Shown here: positions 51,034 to 60,922 of the stretch, piece by piece
How positions within the stretch are numbered: position 1 is the stretch's first letter
How the letters are laid out: each line of letters opens with the position of its first letter
NCBI GenBank assembly: GCA_965228895.1
Contig: OZ245842.1
Location: 1,408,001-1,472,000, forward strand
Direction of reading: 5' to 3'
From: Alphaproteobacteria bacterium
GTDB lineage: Bacteria > Pseudomonadota > Alphaproteobacteria > SP197
DNA length: 64,000 nt
Made by a program: the position numbers and the translations under genes
The notes under the pieces: model-generated
The model's input: the letters and a program-made list of their open reading frames with translations, nothing else
Databases searched by the model: none
Told to the model about the DNA's origin: nothing

Positions 51034-51822
51034 CTCAAGTTGGTTGGTTCGTCGCAAGGCGGCACGCAAGGCCTTGATGTCACGCAGATAGGGCAGGCGA
51101 GCCTGCATCGCGGCGACAAGTTTCATGTCGAGTTCAGCGCAGATCAGTTCTTCGCCGTTGCCGGCTCGCGCGGCGTCGCTGCCGTCGGGCGCGGCTATGC
51201 AACTTTCACCGAGATAGTGCGCACCGTTCTCGCTGCCGGCGTGATTGGCATAGAGCAGCCAAACACCGTTTTCGAAGGCGCGGGTCGGCATCAGTCGCGT
51301 CGCCACCGACTGCCATTGCTCGACCAGGGCGGTCGGTACGATAACGACCTGTACGCCTGATTCCGCTGCGGCGCGAACGGCTTCCGGGTACTCGGCCTCG
51401 TAGCAGATCATGAGGCAGCACCGGACATCACCCAAGACGAACGTCGTCATCGTGTCACCGGGTGTGAAGTAGTCGGGCTCGAAACCCGGCGGCAGTATCG
51501 TCTTGCGGTGGTTGGCCAAGAGTTCGCCGGTCGGGCCTATGACAGCGGCAGCGTTATAGACGGTGTCACCGTCGCGCTCGGGATAGCCGTAGGCGATAGC
51601 AGTGCCGTGTTCCCTGGCGATCTTGCCAATCGCCTCCGCGAAAGGCCCGTCGCACGGCTCGGCGCGTTCTCTCAGCGCACCGCCGATGTTGTAGCCGGAG
51701 GCGAAGAGTTCGGGGCAGACGACGAGGTCGAGGTCAGCGCCCTTGATGGCGCCATGCAGCCGCTCGGCCCTGTCACGCGGCGGCATGCCAGCGCAGGCGC
51801 CCTGAAAGACGGCGGCGCGCAT
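51028..51822 (-). CDS. Carbon-nitrogen hydrolase (nitrilase superfamily)
   Basis: PELFASGY (Glu), NHRK (Lys), ICYE (Cys), RAFENG. Confidence 0.92.
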   Translation of the reverse strand: MRAAVFQGACAGMPPRDRAERLHGAIKGADLDLVVCPELFASGYNIGGALRERAEPCDGPFAEAIGKIAREHGTAIAYGYPERDGDTVYNAAAVIGPTGELLANHRKTILPPGFEPDYFTPGDTMTTFVLGDVRCCLMICYEAEYPEAVRAAAESGVQVVIVPTALVEQWQSVATRLMPTRAFENGVWLLYANHAGSENGAHYLGESCIAAPDGSDAARAGNGEELICAELDMKLVAAMQARLPYLRDIKALRAALRRTNQLES

Positions 51823-51825
51823 CGC

Positions 51826-52983
51826 TCAGCGATCCACGATCAAAATGTCGCGTGGGTACTCGGTCAGATAGTCGGCGCCTGTCTCCGTCACGACGATCGA
51901 ATCGCCAATGCGCCCGCCGAATTTGCCGTCGACGGAGATGCCGCCGTCGACCGCAAAGGTCATACCGGGCTGCAGGATCGTGGTGTCGCCGGCCTTGAGT
52001 TCCGGGGCCTCCAAGTATGACATGCCGATGGAGCGCCCCGTGCGATAGCCGGTTTCGTACCCGCGCGCGCTGTAGACGGCGTTGGCGGCGTCGGCCACGG
52101 ACTCGGCTGTGACGCCGGGTTTGATGGCGGCAATCGCAGCCTGTTGCGCGTCGATGGCGCATTGCTGGACCCGGGTGGCGTCGTCGGAGACTTCCTTCAC
52201 GAAGAACATCCGATCGAAGCCCAGCTTGTAGAGCTTGAACTGCGCCATGTTGCAGAAACAGAAGTAGACGGGATCGCCACGCTCCAGCGGTTTCACGCTG
52301 GCGCGCCGGTGAACCATGGAGGTGTCGCGGCCGGACTGCATGATCTGAAGATTGTGAATCATCGGCGATATGAAGGCATCCCATCCCTTCGCCGTCAGAA
52401 AACCGGCGGCCTCGCGGGTGCCGGCGTTGATGACCGCCAGGGCCGCCTCGTACTCCGGCGCGCCTTCCGCCAGGGCGCCTTCGGCGGCTGCCATCATGGC
52501 GCCGGCAATCCTGCCGGTCTGACGCATGACTTCGATCTCCTCCGGCGACTTGATCATGCGCATGGCGCCGAGTTCGCCTGAGACATCGTGGAGTGTGGTG
52601 TCGGGCAGGCATTCGTCGAACCAGTTGCGGACAATCGCCGGCAGGGCGGCGGCCTCGACGCCGACGCGGCCGGGTTTCTTGCCAAGCGCGTCGCGCAGCA
52701 CGGTCTCCCAGCGGCGCGCGCCCGCATCCTCCCAGGTTTCGATGCCTTCGACCCAGGTCATCGCCGAGACCATTTCGCTTTCCATTAGCGGGGTCACGAC
52801 GACAGGCGGCGCGTCGGGCCGGACAAGCAGAAAGGTCGGGCGGCCGAACTCGACCGACAGGTAACCCCAGAAACCGGCGAGATAAGCGATCGAACTCTCG
52901 TCCGTCATGACCGCGACATCGATACCGGCGTCTGCGAGTCGCCTCTGAAATGCAGTTGTCCGTTGTCGTGCTTGGTCGAGCAT
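51826..52983 (-). CDS. M24 (pita-bread) fold hydrolase, creatinase/ectoine hydrolase-like, with altered metal-site motifs
   Basis: SIAYLAGF, RMIKSPEEI, YRTGRSIG, LQPGMTFAVDGG, RIGDSIVVTE. Confidence 0.85.
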   Translation of the reverse strand: MLDQARQRTTAFQRRLADAGIDVAVMTDESSIAYLAGFWGYLSVEFGRPTFLLVRPDAPPVVVTPLMESEMVSAMTWVEGIETWEDAGARRWETVLRDALGKKPGRVGVEAAALPAIVRNWFDECLPDTTLHDVSGELGAMRMIKSPEEIEVMRQTGRIAGAMMAAAEGALAEGAPEYEAALAVINAGTREAAGFLTAKGWDAFISPMIHNLQIMQSGRDTSMVHRRASVKPLERGDPVYFCFCNMAQFKLYKLGFDRMFFVKEVSDDATRVQQCAIDAQQAAIAAIKPGVTAESVADAANAVYSARGYETGYRTGRSIGMSYLEAPELKAGDTTILQPGMTFAVDGGISVDGKFGGRIGDSIVVTETGADYLTEYPRDILIVDR

Positions 52984-53174
52984 GGTGTGGTCCCCGGCGA
53001 CGTGACCTTGCGTCGCCATCATGCACGCAAGGTTCACGTTGTCGCTATGTCTGGTTTACCTGGCTGGCCTATGCACAAGCGGTTCTGATCGCCCAACGTA
53101 GCCCTGACCATATCGGCACAACGCCCCAAGGCATCGCGTTACCGATGCCTTGGGAACGCAGAACTGGGCTCGGC

Positions 53175-54794
53175 TCAGGCCGTCGGATCGACGACCCACC
53201 AGCGCTCGATAATGTGACGACCATCCATGGGCCGGTCGGCGGCGAGCTCGCCGTGCCCAAGTTTCTGATTGCGCGCCAGCACATTGCTCGGGAAGGCGAA
53301 GATGACCTGCCCGGCTTGATCGCGCACCATGAGTTGCAGTTCCGACAGCATCTCGCGTCGCCTCGCGCTGTCGAGCTCGGCATTGGCTTCGTCGAGAATG
53401 CTGACAAACCTCTCGTTCTCGAAAACCGATTCGTTCCATGGCGAGCCCGGCACATAGCCGGAGGCAAACATCTCGCTCGCCGTCGCGTAGCCACCCCAGT
53501 AATTCGCGAAGGCCGGCGTGTTCATGTAGACATCGGACCAATAACCATCGGCGGGCTCGCGTACGATCTCGATCTCGATGGCGGCGTCTTTCGCCGACTC
53601 CTGATAAAGAGCCGCTGCATCGACGGCGCTGTTAAACGCGGCTTCACCAGCGTGGAGCTGGATCTGCAGCTTGTCCAATCCGGCCTTGTTGAGATGGAAC
53701 TTCGCCTGGTCGGGGTCATAGACCCGCTGCTCCAGGTTGGGGTCGTGATATGGGTAAGAAGGCCCAATGGGGTGGTCGTTGCCGACCACGCCATAACCAT
53801 GAAGGATCGTCTCGACCATTTGTTCTCGATCGATAGCGTACTTCATGGCCATACGAACGTCGGCATTGTCGAAGGGCGCGCGATCGGACATGAGACTGAA
53901 CAGATAGTGCAAGGGCCCTTCGTTGCGTTCGACCGTGATGCCTTCTTGTTGGCCGAGCAAACCGGCCAACTTGTAGTCCACCTGATCGATGACATCGACA
54001 TCGCCTGACTGGACGGCGTTCATGCGCGCCGTCGAGTCGGCGATCGTCAGGACTTCGACCGTGCTGGCGAAGGCCCGGTCGTCGCGCCAGTAGTTGGGGT
54101 TGCGCTCGAGATAGGCATCCTGGCCCGGCTTCCAGTCCTTCAGGATGTATCCGCCGGTACCGATCCCCGACGCCGCATCAATGCCGCCATCGCCGGTCGC
54201 CGGACAGATCGTGAAGTTTGCCGATGACATGCTGTAGGGGAAGTCGACATTGGGTTTGACCAGCTCGAAGATCAGCGTGTCATTGCCGTCGGCCTTCATG
54301 CTGCTGATCCGCTCGGCAATCGGCTTGGCGCCGGACTCCGATTCGTCGCCAAGGTGATGGTTGATCGATGCGATCACATCGTCTGGCGAAAGGGTCTTGC
54401 CGTTGTGAAACTCGACGCCCTGACGCAGCTTGAACGTCCACGTCTTTGCATCGGCCGACGGTTCCCATTGGGTCGCCAGACAGGGCTCCAGCCCCGCGCC
54501 GTGTCCCGTCTGGGTCAGCGTATTGCGGACGGCATAGGCAATCATCCACTGAGCGCCGTTAAACAACAGAGCCGGGTCCAGCGTATCCGTCGTCTGACCG
54601 TGCCGCGTGCCGATTCGCATGTTGCCGCCCTTCTGCGGCGACTGGGCGGAAGCCGAACGGCCGGCAACAGAGATAGCCGCGGCGGTCAGTCCCAAAGCAG
54701 CGGCGCGGCCCATGAACTCCCTCTTCGTCATGCGGCCGGCCTCGAAGGCAGTGCGAAGGTCTGAAAACGAGGTGGTGTTGGTGTAGCTGGTCAT
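53175..54794 (-). CDS. ABC transporter substrate-binding protein, family 5 (peptide/nickel), Tat-type leader
   Basis: MTKREFM Tat-like leader, TLDP, LATQWE, FKLRQGVEFHNG, GTGGY, RNPNYW, VRMAMKYAIDR. Confidence 0.92.
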   Translation of the reverse strand: MTSYTNTTSFSDLRTAFEAGRMTKREFMGRAAALGLTAAAISVAGRSASAQSPQKGGNMRIGTRHGQTTDTLDPALLFNGAQWMIAYAVRNTLTQTGHGAGLEPCLATQWEPSADAKTWTFKLRQGVEFHNGKTLSPDDVIASINHHLGDESESGAKPIAERISSMKADGNDTLIFELVKPNVDFPYSMSSANFTICPATGDGGIDAASGIGTGGYILKDWKPGQDAYLERNPNYWRDDRAFASTVEVLTIADSTARMNAVQSGDVDVIDQVDYKLAGLLGQQEGITVERNEGPLHYLFSLMSDRAPFDNADVRMAMKYAIDREQMVETILHGYGVVGNDHPIGPSYPYHDPNLEQRVYDPDQAKFHLNKAGLDKLQIQLHAGEAAFNSAVDAAALYQESAKDAAIEIEIVREPADGYWSDVYMNTPAFANYWGGYATASEMFASGYVPGSPWNESVFENERFVSILDEANAELDSARRREMLSELQLMVRDQAGQVIFAFPSNVLARNQKLGHGELAADRPMDGRHIIERWWVVDPTA

Positions 54795-54862
54795 GGGCTT
54801 TTCCCGGGCTGGTGTCGCGGAGCGACGGGTGGTTCATGCGAACCACAGCACAGGCTCACAGC

Positions 54863-54882
54863 ACTGTCAACTGTCGACAGTT
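54863..54882. promoter_or_regulatory. Predicted GntR/FCD operator upstream of the SBP gene
   Basis: ACTGTCAACTGTCGACAGTT containing the perfect palindrome AACTGTCGACAGTT (54869-54882). Confidence 0.7.
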
Positions 54883-54927
54883 TGTAATGTGAGTCTGCTG
54901 CGAGATACACCCATCCGTGGGGCCGGC

Positions 54928-55632
54928 TCAATCGTCGGGGAAGTACTCGATATAGAAGCGTTTCGTTTCGCTTCTGTTGAATTGCAGATAGTGGGTCATC
55001 GTCTCGGCGACGTGGTCGGGATCACCCGCCTCGAACGCTTCGACCACGGGCAGCACGTAGGTGCCGAAGAAACCTTCAGACGCCTCGTCGGCAAGGTTGA
55101 CCAGCGTTGCAACCTGACGAATCCGTACCAGCAGATTCCTGAAGGCCTCCGACAGGATGGGATTGCCGCCCAAATCAACGATGAAGGTATGGAGTGCGAA
55201 GACCGCATCGAGACCGGCCAAGGGGGCGTCGTCGCGACGTTTCTCTGCCGCGACAATGGCGTCGTAGTGGCGGCGTAACTGCTTCAAATCGTTCGGTGTT
55301 GCACGCTTGACCGCCTTCCTGGCAGCGTAGGCTTCCAGGCAAATGCGGTAGTCCGACAAGTTGTCGATTTCCTCGAGCGAAACCTTGCGGACAAAAAAAC
55401 CGCGCCGCGCCTCGGATGTCAGGACACCCCACTGTTGAAGCAATCGGGCGGCTTCGCGAATCGGACCGCGGCTGATTCCCATGCGACGCGCCAATTCGGC
55501 CTCGACAATGCGCTCGCCCGGCGCAAGCTCGCCGCTCGTTATCGCGGCAAGCAGCCTGTCGCGAACCTGCTCGACCAGATCAGCTTGTTCGACCGTCTCA
55601 AACTGTGACGCCGTGGGCGCTTTGCTAGACAT
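54928..55632 (-). CDS. GntR (FCD/FadR subfamily) transcriptional regulator
   Basis: I.SGELAPGERIVEAELARRMGISRGPIREA, RRGFFV, R.CLE; start MSSK at 55632. Confidence 0.93.
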   Translation of the reverse strand: MSSKAPTASQFETVEQADLVEQVRDRLLAAITSGELAPGERIVEAELARRMGISRGPIREAARLLQQWGVLTSEARRGFFVRKVSLEEIDNLSDYRICLEAYAARKAVKRATPNDLKQLRRHYDAIVAAEKRRDDAPLAGLDAVFALHTFIVDLGGNPILSEAFRNLLVRIRQVATLVNLADEASEGFFGTYVLPVVEAFEAGDPDHVAETMTHYLQFNRSETKRFYIEYFPDD

Positions 55633-55692
55633 GGATGACTCGTTCCGTCCTGTGATAGTGCGATTGTCGCAGGGCAGTAAATAGCAGATACA

Positions 55693-55709
55693 ACTGTTGA
55701 CTGTCGACA
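55693..55709. promoter_or_regulatory. Second predicted GntR operator between gntR and the amidase gene
   Basis: ACTGTTGACTGTCGACA, 15/17 identical to 54863-54879. Confidence 0.7.
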
Positions 55710-55769
55710 CTGCAGATCGTCTATTGGGCTTGTTGGGAAGATCTCGAGAATGATCGGTGTGGGGATTCG

Positions 55770-57227
55770 ATGAGACTGTCAGAGTACGCAGCGCTCGACG
55801 CGGTTGGCTTGGCGGCGCTGATTACGAATGGAGAGGTGACGGCAACGGAGGCCGCGGCGCTGGCGGCCGCGGCGGTCGCAACGGTCAACCCGCATCTGAA
55901 CGCCGTGATCGAGCTCTACGACGATCGTATCGATCGCGCGCCGTCTTACTCATTAGGCGCGGGGCCGCTATACGGCGTTCCCATACTGAACAAAGATCTG
56001 TCGTTTGCCGAAGCGGGCCGGCGGCACGAGATGGGCAGCCTGTTCGCCAGGGGTCAGGTGCCGACGCGCGACTGCACCGCGGTCGAGCGGTTACGGCAGG
56101 CCGGCCTTAACATGATCGGGCGGACCACAACGCCGGAGTTCGGCAATGCCGGCATCACCGAGAGTACGATCGCCGGTGTGACCCGCAACCCCTGGGACAC
56201 GGCTCGGACACCCGGTGGTTCCAGTGGCGGTTCGGCGGCGATAGTTGCCGCCGGCGCGGTGCCGGTGGCGACGGCCGGCGATGGCGGCGGGTCAACCAGA
56301 ACACCCGCGAGCCTATGCGGTCTCGTCGGGCTCAAGACGACGCGCGGCAAGGTGCCGGTCGGGCCTGCGCGTGGCGAGGCGACGTGTGGCATGAGCGGAA
56401 CTTTCGTCGTGACGCGCAGCATGCGCGACTGCGCGACGTTTCTCGATATTCTGGGTGGCCCTTCACCGGGCGATCCTTATGTCACAGCGATGCCGCCGGA
56501 ACCCTACGCGGCGACGCTGGATAAACCACTGCCACCCCTGCGCATCGCCTTTACCGCGGAGAACTGGGCCGGCGTGCCCGTCAGCACCGAGTCCCGCCAG
56601 GCGCTGCACTCTGCTCTCGGATTGCTTGAGGAAACGGGACACAGCCTCGAAGAGGCCTCGCCCGTGCTCGACTGGGAAGCTTTGTTCGCAGCGACCGTCA
56701 CGATCATGTGCGCCAACCTCGCAAACGGTGTCGACAAGCTCAGTGCCACCTTCGGGCGCTCGCCGCTACCCCGCGAACTCCAATCGAGCACGTGGGCCTG
56801 TTATCGCCAGGGCAAGACCCTTGCTGCGGGCGACCTTCTGGGCGCCCTCGAGGTTTTCAATACGGTCAGCCGGTCAGTCGGCGCATTCTTCGAGCAGTAT
56901 GATGTGCTGATGACGCCGGCCTGCGTCTATCCCGCGCCATTGATCGAGGAAAGCTATCGATGCGACCCGAAAGAGCCGATCACGGGCACGGCCTATCAGG
57001 AGAATGTCTACGCCAACGACCTGTTCGCTTGCCTCTTCAACACGACCGGTCAGCCTGCCATCACGCTGCCGTTGCACGAAACACAAGACCCGCTGCCTCT
57101 CGGCGTGCAGGTCGCCGGACGGTTCGGTGACGAAGAGACGTTGCTGCGGTTAGGGCGCTTCTTTGAGGTCGCCGCACCATGGAAAGATCGCGCGCCACCA
57201 ATTCACATTGCAAAGTTGGCAGCGTGA
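55770..57227 (+). CDS. Amidase signature family enzyme
   Basis: GVPILNKD (Lys), TRNPW, GGSSGGS, GDGGGSTR, GLVGLK, NTTGQPAITLP. Confidence 0.93.
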   Translation: MRLSEYAALDAVGLAALITNGEVTATEAAALAAAAVATVNPHLNAVIELYDDRIDRAPSYSLGAGPLYGVPILNKDLSFAEAGRRHEMGSLFARGQVPTRDCTAVERLRQAGLNMIGRTTTPEFGNAGITESTIAGVTRNPWDTARTPGGSSGGSAAIVAAGAVPVATAGDGGGSTRTPASLCGLVGLKTTRGKVPVGPARGEATCGMSGTFVVTRSMRDCATFLDILGGPSPGDPYVTAMPPEPYAATLDKPLPPLRIAFTAENWAGVPVSTESRQALHSALGLLEETGHSLEEASPVLDWEALFAATVTIMCANLANGVDKLSATFGRSPLPRELQSSTWACYRQGKTLAAGDLLGALEVFNTVSRSVGAFFEQYDVLMTPACVYPAPLIEESYRCDPKEPITGTAYQENVYANDLFACLFNTTGQPAITLPLHETQDPLPLGVQVAGRFGDEETLLRLGRFFEVAAPWKDRAPPIHIAKLAA

Positions 57228-57245
57228 ACGAACGCCTGGCGGCAA

Positions 57246-58376
57246 CTACATCGCATCCGTATCAATGATCAGCGATGCGTCGGCCTCAATGCGATCCCAG
57301 TTGAGGTGGAGGCCAAGGCCGGGCCTGTCCGGGGCGCTGACGCATCCGTCGGCTTCGATGCGAATGGGATTGGCGCAGGCGTATTCATAATGCTCGACGG
57401 GTACGGGATGTTCGAAATAGCTGCAGCCCGCGACCCCCAGCATGACATGCAGGTTGGCGGCCTGGCTGAGCGGATAGCCATAGCTCTGAAGCTCGGTCTT
57501 CATGCCGTGCGCCTCGGCCAGCGCCATCGCCTTTAAGGTTTTCTGAACACCGCCGACATTGCAGGGGTCGCAGCGCAGGCGGGACCATGCGCCGCGCCCG
57601 ATCGCATCGGCCATGTCCGGGAGCTCAACGATCGTGTTGCCGGCGGCGATGACGTCGACGCCGACGGCACGCCTCAATTCCGCATAGGCGTCGATGTCCG
57701 TATCGGTGAGTGGCGCCTCCAACCAGTCGCACGGCATGTCGGTGAGGGCGCGGCCCAGCGTCACCGCGTCATCGAAGCTGTAAAGCTGTTCCAGGTCGAC
57801 CATGAAACGCAGGCCGCTCGACCCGAAAGCCTGGGACACTGCCGCCGTCATCTCCAGGTCAAAGGCGGGGTCACATTGGGTGTGAAACTTGACAGCCGGG
57901 TAACCCAAACCCTGGATCAGCCTGACGTAGTCGAGATAGCCTTCGACGGTCTCGAAGACCGGGCTGCTGGCGTAGGCGGGAATGCGTTCGCGCGCACCGC
58001 CCAACAACCGATAGAGCGGCAGGCCTGTTGCGCGACCGAAGGCATCCCACATCGCGATGTCCAGCAACGACTCGGGATCGGGTATCGCTGCCCGACGTTT
58101 TGCCAACAATGTGCTTGTAACCGCTTCGCGGTCGAACAGGCTGCGGCCGACGACGTCACCTATAACCGGGCGAAACGCCTCAGCAAAATCGTGGTTGCCG
58201 GTATCACCTTCGCCGGAATCGACTCCCGCCGCGCCTTCGATACCACCACGCGTCGTCAGCCGAACGATGTTGTAGTGCATGGTGAAATGATCTTCCGCAC
58301 CGGTGAAGCGGTAAGGCGGCGTTACGTCCGGCGCAACGACGTAGATGCGAGCGCGCGCGATCTCCATATCGTTCAT
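57246..58376 (-). CDS. Mandelate racemase/muconate lactonizing enzyme (enolase) superfamily, copy 1
   Basis: DIAMWD, PLYRLLGG, AVKFH, FMVD, WLEAP, PGLG. Confidence 0.9.
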   Translation of the reverse strand: MNDMEIARARIYVVAPDVTPPYRFTGAEDHFTMHYNIVRLTTRGGIEGAAGVDSGEGDTGNHDFAEAFRPVIGDVVGRSLFDREAVTSTLLAKRRAAIPDPESLLDIAMWDAFGRATGLPLYRLLGGARERIPAYASSPVFETVEGYLDYVRLIQGLGYPAVKFHTQCDPAFDLEMTAAVSQAFGSSGLRFMVDLEQLYSFDDAVTLGRALTDMPCDWLEAPLTDTDIDAYAELRRAVGVDVIAAGNTIVELPDMADAIGRGAWSRLRCDPCNVGGVQKTLKAMALAEAHGMKTELQSYGYPLSQAANLHVMLGVAGCSYFEHPVPVEHYEYACANPIRIEADGCVSAPDRPGLGLHLNWDRIEADASLIIDTDAM

Positions 58377-59533
58377 GAAGGTTTCCCAGAAATATCAAAG
58401 CTGGCGAACGCGTCGGTCTCGACCCGCGTCCAATCGATGTTCAGGCCCAGTCCCGGACCATCGGGCGCGCTGATATGCCCATCGTCGTCGATACGCGGTG
58501 GGTTGCTCAGTTCGTATTCATAGTCGGTTTCGGGCACCGGCTGCTCAAAGAACTGACAGTTGCCGAGGCCTAGAGCCATATGAAGGCTGGCAAGCTTTCG
58601 ACCTTCAAAGCCATAACTCTGCAACTCAACCGTCATGCCATGGCTTTCGGCCAGCGCCATGGCCTTGCGCGCGGGCCCAATCCCGCCGGCATGGGTCGGT
58701 CCGGTACGCAGGTTGGTCCAGGCGGAACAGGCAATGCCGTCGCGCAGTTCGTCGAGGCGGGTCAGCGTGTTGCCGGCCGCGATAACCGGTACGTCGACCG
58801 CGCGGCGCAAGGTTGCATAGCCTTCGAGATCGCGATCGGGCAGGGGCGCCTCGAACCAGACGTAGTCGCGCTGGGCAAGCACCGTGCCGACACGGATGGC
58901 GTCACTCAGACTGTAGCGCTGCTCAACATCCAACATGAACCGCATGTCTCGACCGTGCGCCGCATCGACCGCCGATACCATGTCCAGGTCCCAATCGGGA
59001 TCACACCGGGTGTGGAGTTTGGCGGCTCGATAGCCGCGTGCCTTCAGGTCTCCGACAAAGCTGACATAGTCTTCGGCGGCGTCGAAGACAGGGGTGCTGG
59101 CATAGGTCGGCATATGGTCGCATGCACCGCCAAGCAGCCGGTGCAGCGGCAGGTCGGCAGCCTTAGCCGCCAGATCCCACAACGCGATGTCGATCAAAGA
59201 CTCGGCGCGAAACCGCGGATCGTCCGACTGGCGCATCAGCCGGTCGTTGACCGCCTCCCGCTCCAGAGCGGATGCACCAATGATCGACGGAGCGACTTCG
59301 TTAAGACGCTCAATAAGACTGCGGTCGGCCTCGCCTGGCGCCTCGCCGGGTTTGCCCTCTGGTACGTTCGACGTATTGCTGGCAACGCCTTCGAGCCCGT
59401 TGCGCGCGGTCAGCCTCAGGATGTTATCGGTCACCCGCACGAATCCGTCTTGGCCGGTCCACCGATAGGGCGGCGTCGTGTCTGGCGCGACAGCGTAGAG
59501 CCGCGCCCGAACAATATCGAGATCGCGTGTCAA
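58373..59533 (-). CDS. Mandelate racemase/muconate lactonizing enzyme (enolase) superfamily, copy 2
   Basis: DIALWD, PLHRLLGG, AAKLH, FMLD, WFEAP, PGLG; probable TTG start at 59533 by alignment with copy 1. Confidence 0.88.
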   Translation of the reverse strand: MTRDLDIVRARLYAVAPDTTPPYRWTGQDGFVRVTDNILRLTARNGLEGVASNTSNVPEGKPGEAPGEADRSLIERLNEVAPSIIGASALEREAVNDRLMRQSDDPRFRAESLIDIALWDLAAKAADLPLHRLLGGACDHMPTYASTPVFDAAEDYVSFVGDLKARGYRAAKLHTRCDPDWDLDMVSAVDAAHGRDMRFMLDVEQRYSLSDAIRVGTVLAQRDYVWFEAPLPDRDLEGYATLRRAVDVPVIAAGNTLTRLDELRDGIACSAWTNLRTGPTHAGGIGPARKAMALAESHGMTVELQSYGFEGRKLASLHMALGLGNCQFFEQPVPETDYEYELSNPPRIDDDGHISAPDGPGLGLNIDWTRVETDAFASFDISGKPS

Positions 59534-59621
59534 AGAAGGATCCCCCGGACATTCAAGTTGTCCGGGGGATCCTATAGACCCAAACGAGCACGCGACAGTG
59601 GTTAGGTGCCCATTTCGCGCT

Positions 59622-59993
59622 TTAGTGGTAACCGATGATGTGACGGCTTCCCGGCACGATATAGGGATTGCCATAGTGGTCGTAGCACTGCGTGCCGCCG
59701 ATCACGACCCGGTTGCCGTAGTTGTCATAGCTGTACTTGCGCACCGAATGGCAGGACGGGCGATAGTTGTTGCGGTTGTAGTTGTTGTAGCCTTGATTGT
59801 AGTAGCTGTTGCCGCGGTAATGATTGTTGCCGTGGCCGTAACCGTGTCCCCGGTTGTTATGCCCGCCATAGCCGAAGAAATTGGAATAGCCGGGCGAATA
59901 GCCGTGATTGTAGTTCCCGGCCGATGCGGCTGCAGGCATCAGAAAGAGGCCGGCCAAGCCGGCAATGAAAAGCAAGCGAATTCGGTGACCCAT
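59622..59993 (-). CDS. Small secreted Gly/Tyr/Asn/His-rich protein
   Basis: Signal peptide MGHRIRLLFIAGLAGLFLMPAAASA, low-complexity G/Y/N/H tract, C-terminal domain with two Cys. Confidence 0.75.
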   Translation of the reverse strand: MGHRIRLLFIAGLAGLFLMPAAASAGNYNHGYSPGYSNFFGYGGHNNRGHGYGHGNNHYRGNSYYNQGYNNYNRNNYRPSCHSVRKYSYDNYGNRVVIGGTQCYDHYGNPYIVPGSRHIIGYH

Positions 59994-60094
59994 CACGCGT
60001 TCCCTGATCTTGTTACCCCCGTCCGCTAGAACGTACGGCCGCGGGCAATCCATACGGCATTGGCCTGGATCTCACCGAGACGTGATGGGCGGCG

Positions 60095-60922
60095 TCATCT
60101 GCCTTTGAAGTCCGGTTTGCGCTTTTCGGCAAAGGCCCGTGCGCCTTCCATGAAGTCGTCGGAAAACAGCATCCGCTCGTATGTCGGCAGCCCGCTGTCT
60201 CCGGTGCCGCCACCTTTGATCGCACGATGGGTGACCTCGAACGATTCGGGCAGTGACAGGTGCATCATAGCGCCAAGCGCTTCCTTCAGCGCCTGCAAGG
60301 CGAGCGGCGCACCATCGGCGATTTCGCCTGCGAGAGCGCGCGCCCGATCCAGCAACTGTTGCTGTGGCACAATCTCGTGAACCAGTCCCCAGTGTTTGGC
60401 TTCCGCGGCGCCCATGCGCCGGCCGGTCAGGAACAACTCCATGGCGACGTTATAGGGCAGGCGCCGGGGCAGGCGCTGGATGGCGCCGGCGTCGGGCAGG
60501 AAACCGCGTTGCATTTCAGGCAAGAAGAACTCGGCGTTGTCGGCGGCGACCAGCACGTCGCAGGCCAGCGCCACCTCGAAACCGCCGCCCACGGCAATGC
60601 CGTTGACGGCGCCGATGATCGGTTTCTTGAGGTCCCAGAACTCAACGATGCCGGCGAACCCACCGGGCAGACCGTCCGCCGACTCCAACGCTTCGGCATT
60701 GTTCTCGATTGCCGCAATCTCTTTGAGATCCCAGCCGGCGCTAAACACCTTGTCGCCGGTCGCTGTAACAAGCCCGACGCGCAAATCGTCGTCATCTTTC
60801 AACCGGGACAGTGACTGGTACATCTCACCGCTAAACCGCCGGTTGATAGCGTTGACCGGAGGCCGGTCCATGGTGATTTCGAGGACCCTTCCTCGTTTGG
60901 CGGCATGGACATACTCATTCAT
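60095..60922 (-). CDS. Enoyl-CoA hydratase, carnitinyl-CoA dehydratase (CaiD)-like
   Basis: LEITMDRP..NAI, FSAGWDLK, PGGFAG, AVGGGFE, LPE...LPDAG, DFMEG..AFAEKR. Confidence 0.88.
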   Translation of the reverse strand: MNEYVHAAKRGRVLEITMDRPPVNAINRRFSGEMYQSLSRLKDDDDLRVGLVTATGDKVFSAGWDLKEIAAIENNAEALESADGLPGGFAGIVEFWDLKKPIIGAVNGIAVGGGFEVALACDVLVAADNAEFFLPEMQRGFLPDAGAIQRLPRRLPYNVAMELFLTGRRMGAAEAKHWGLVHEIVPQQQLLDRARALAGEIADGAPLALQALKEALGAMMHLSLPESFEVTHRAIKGGGTGDSGLPTYERMLFSDDFMEGARAFAEKRKPDFKGR

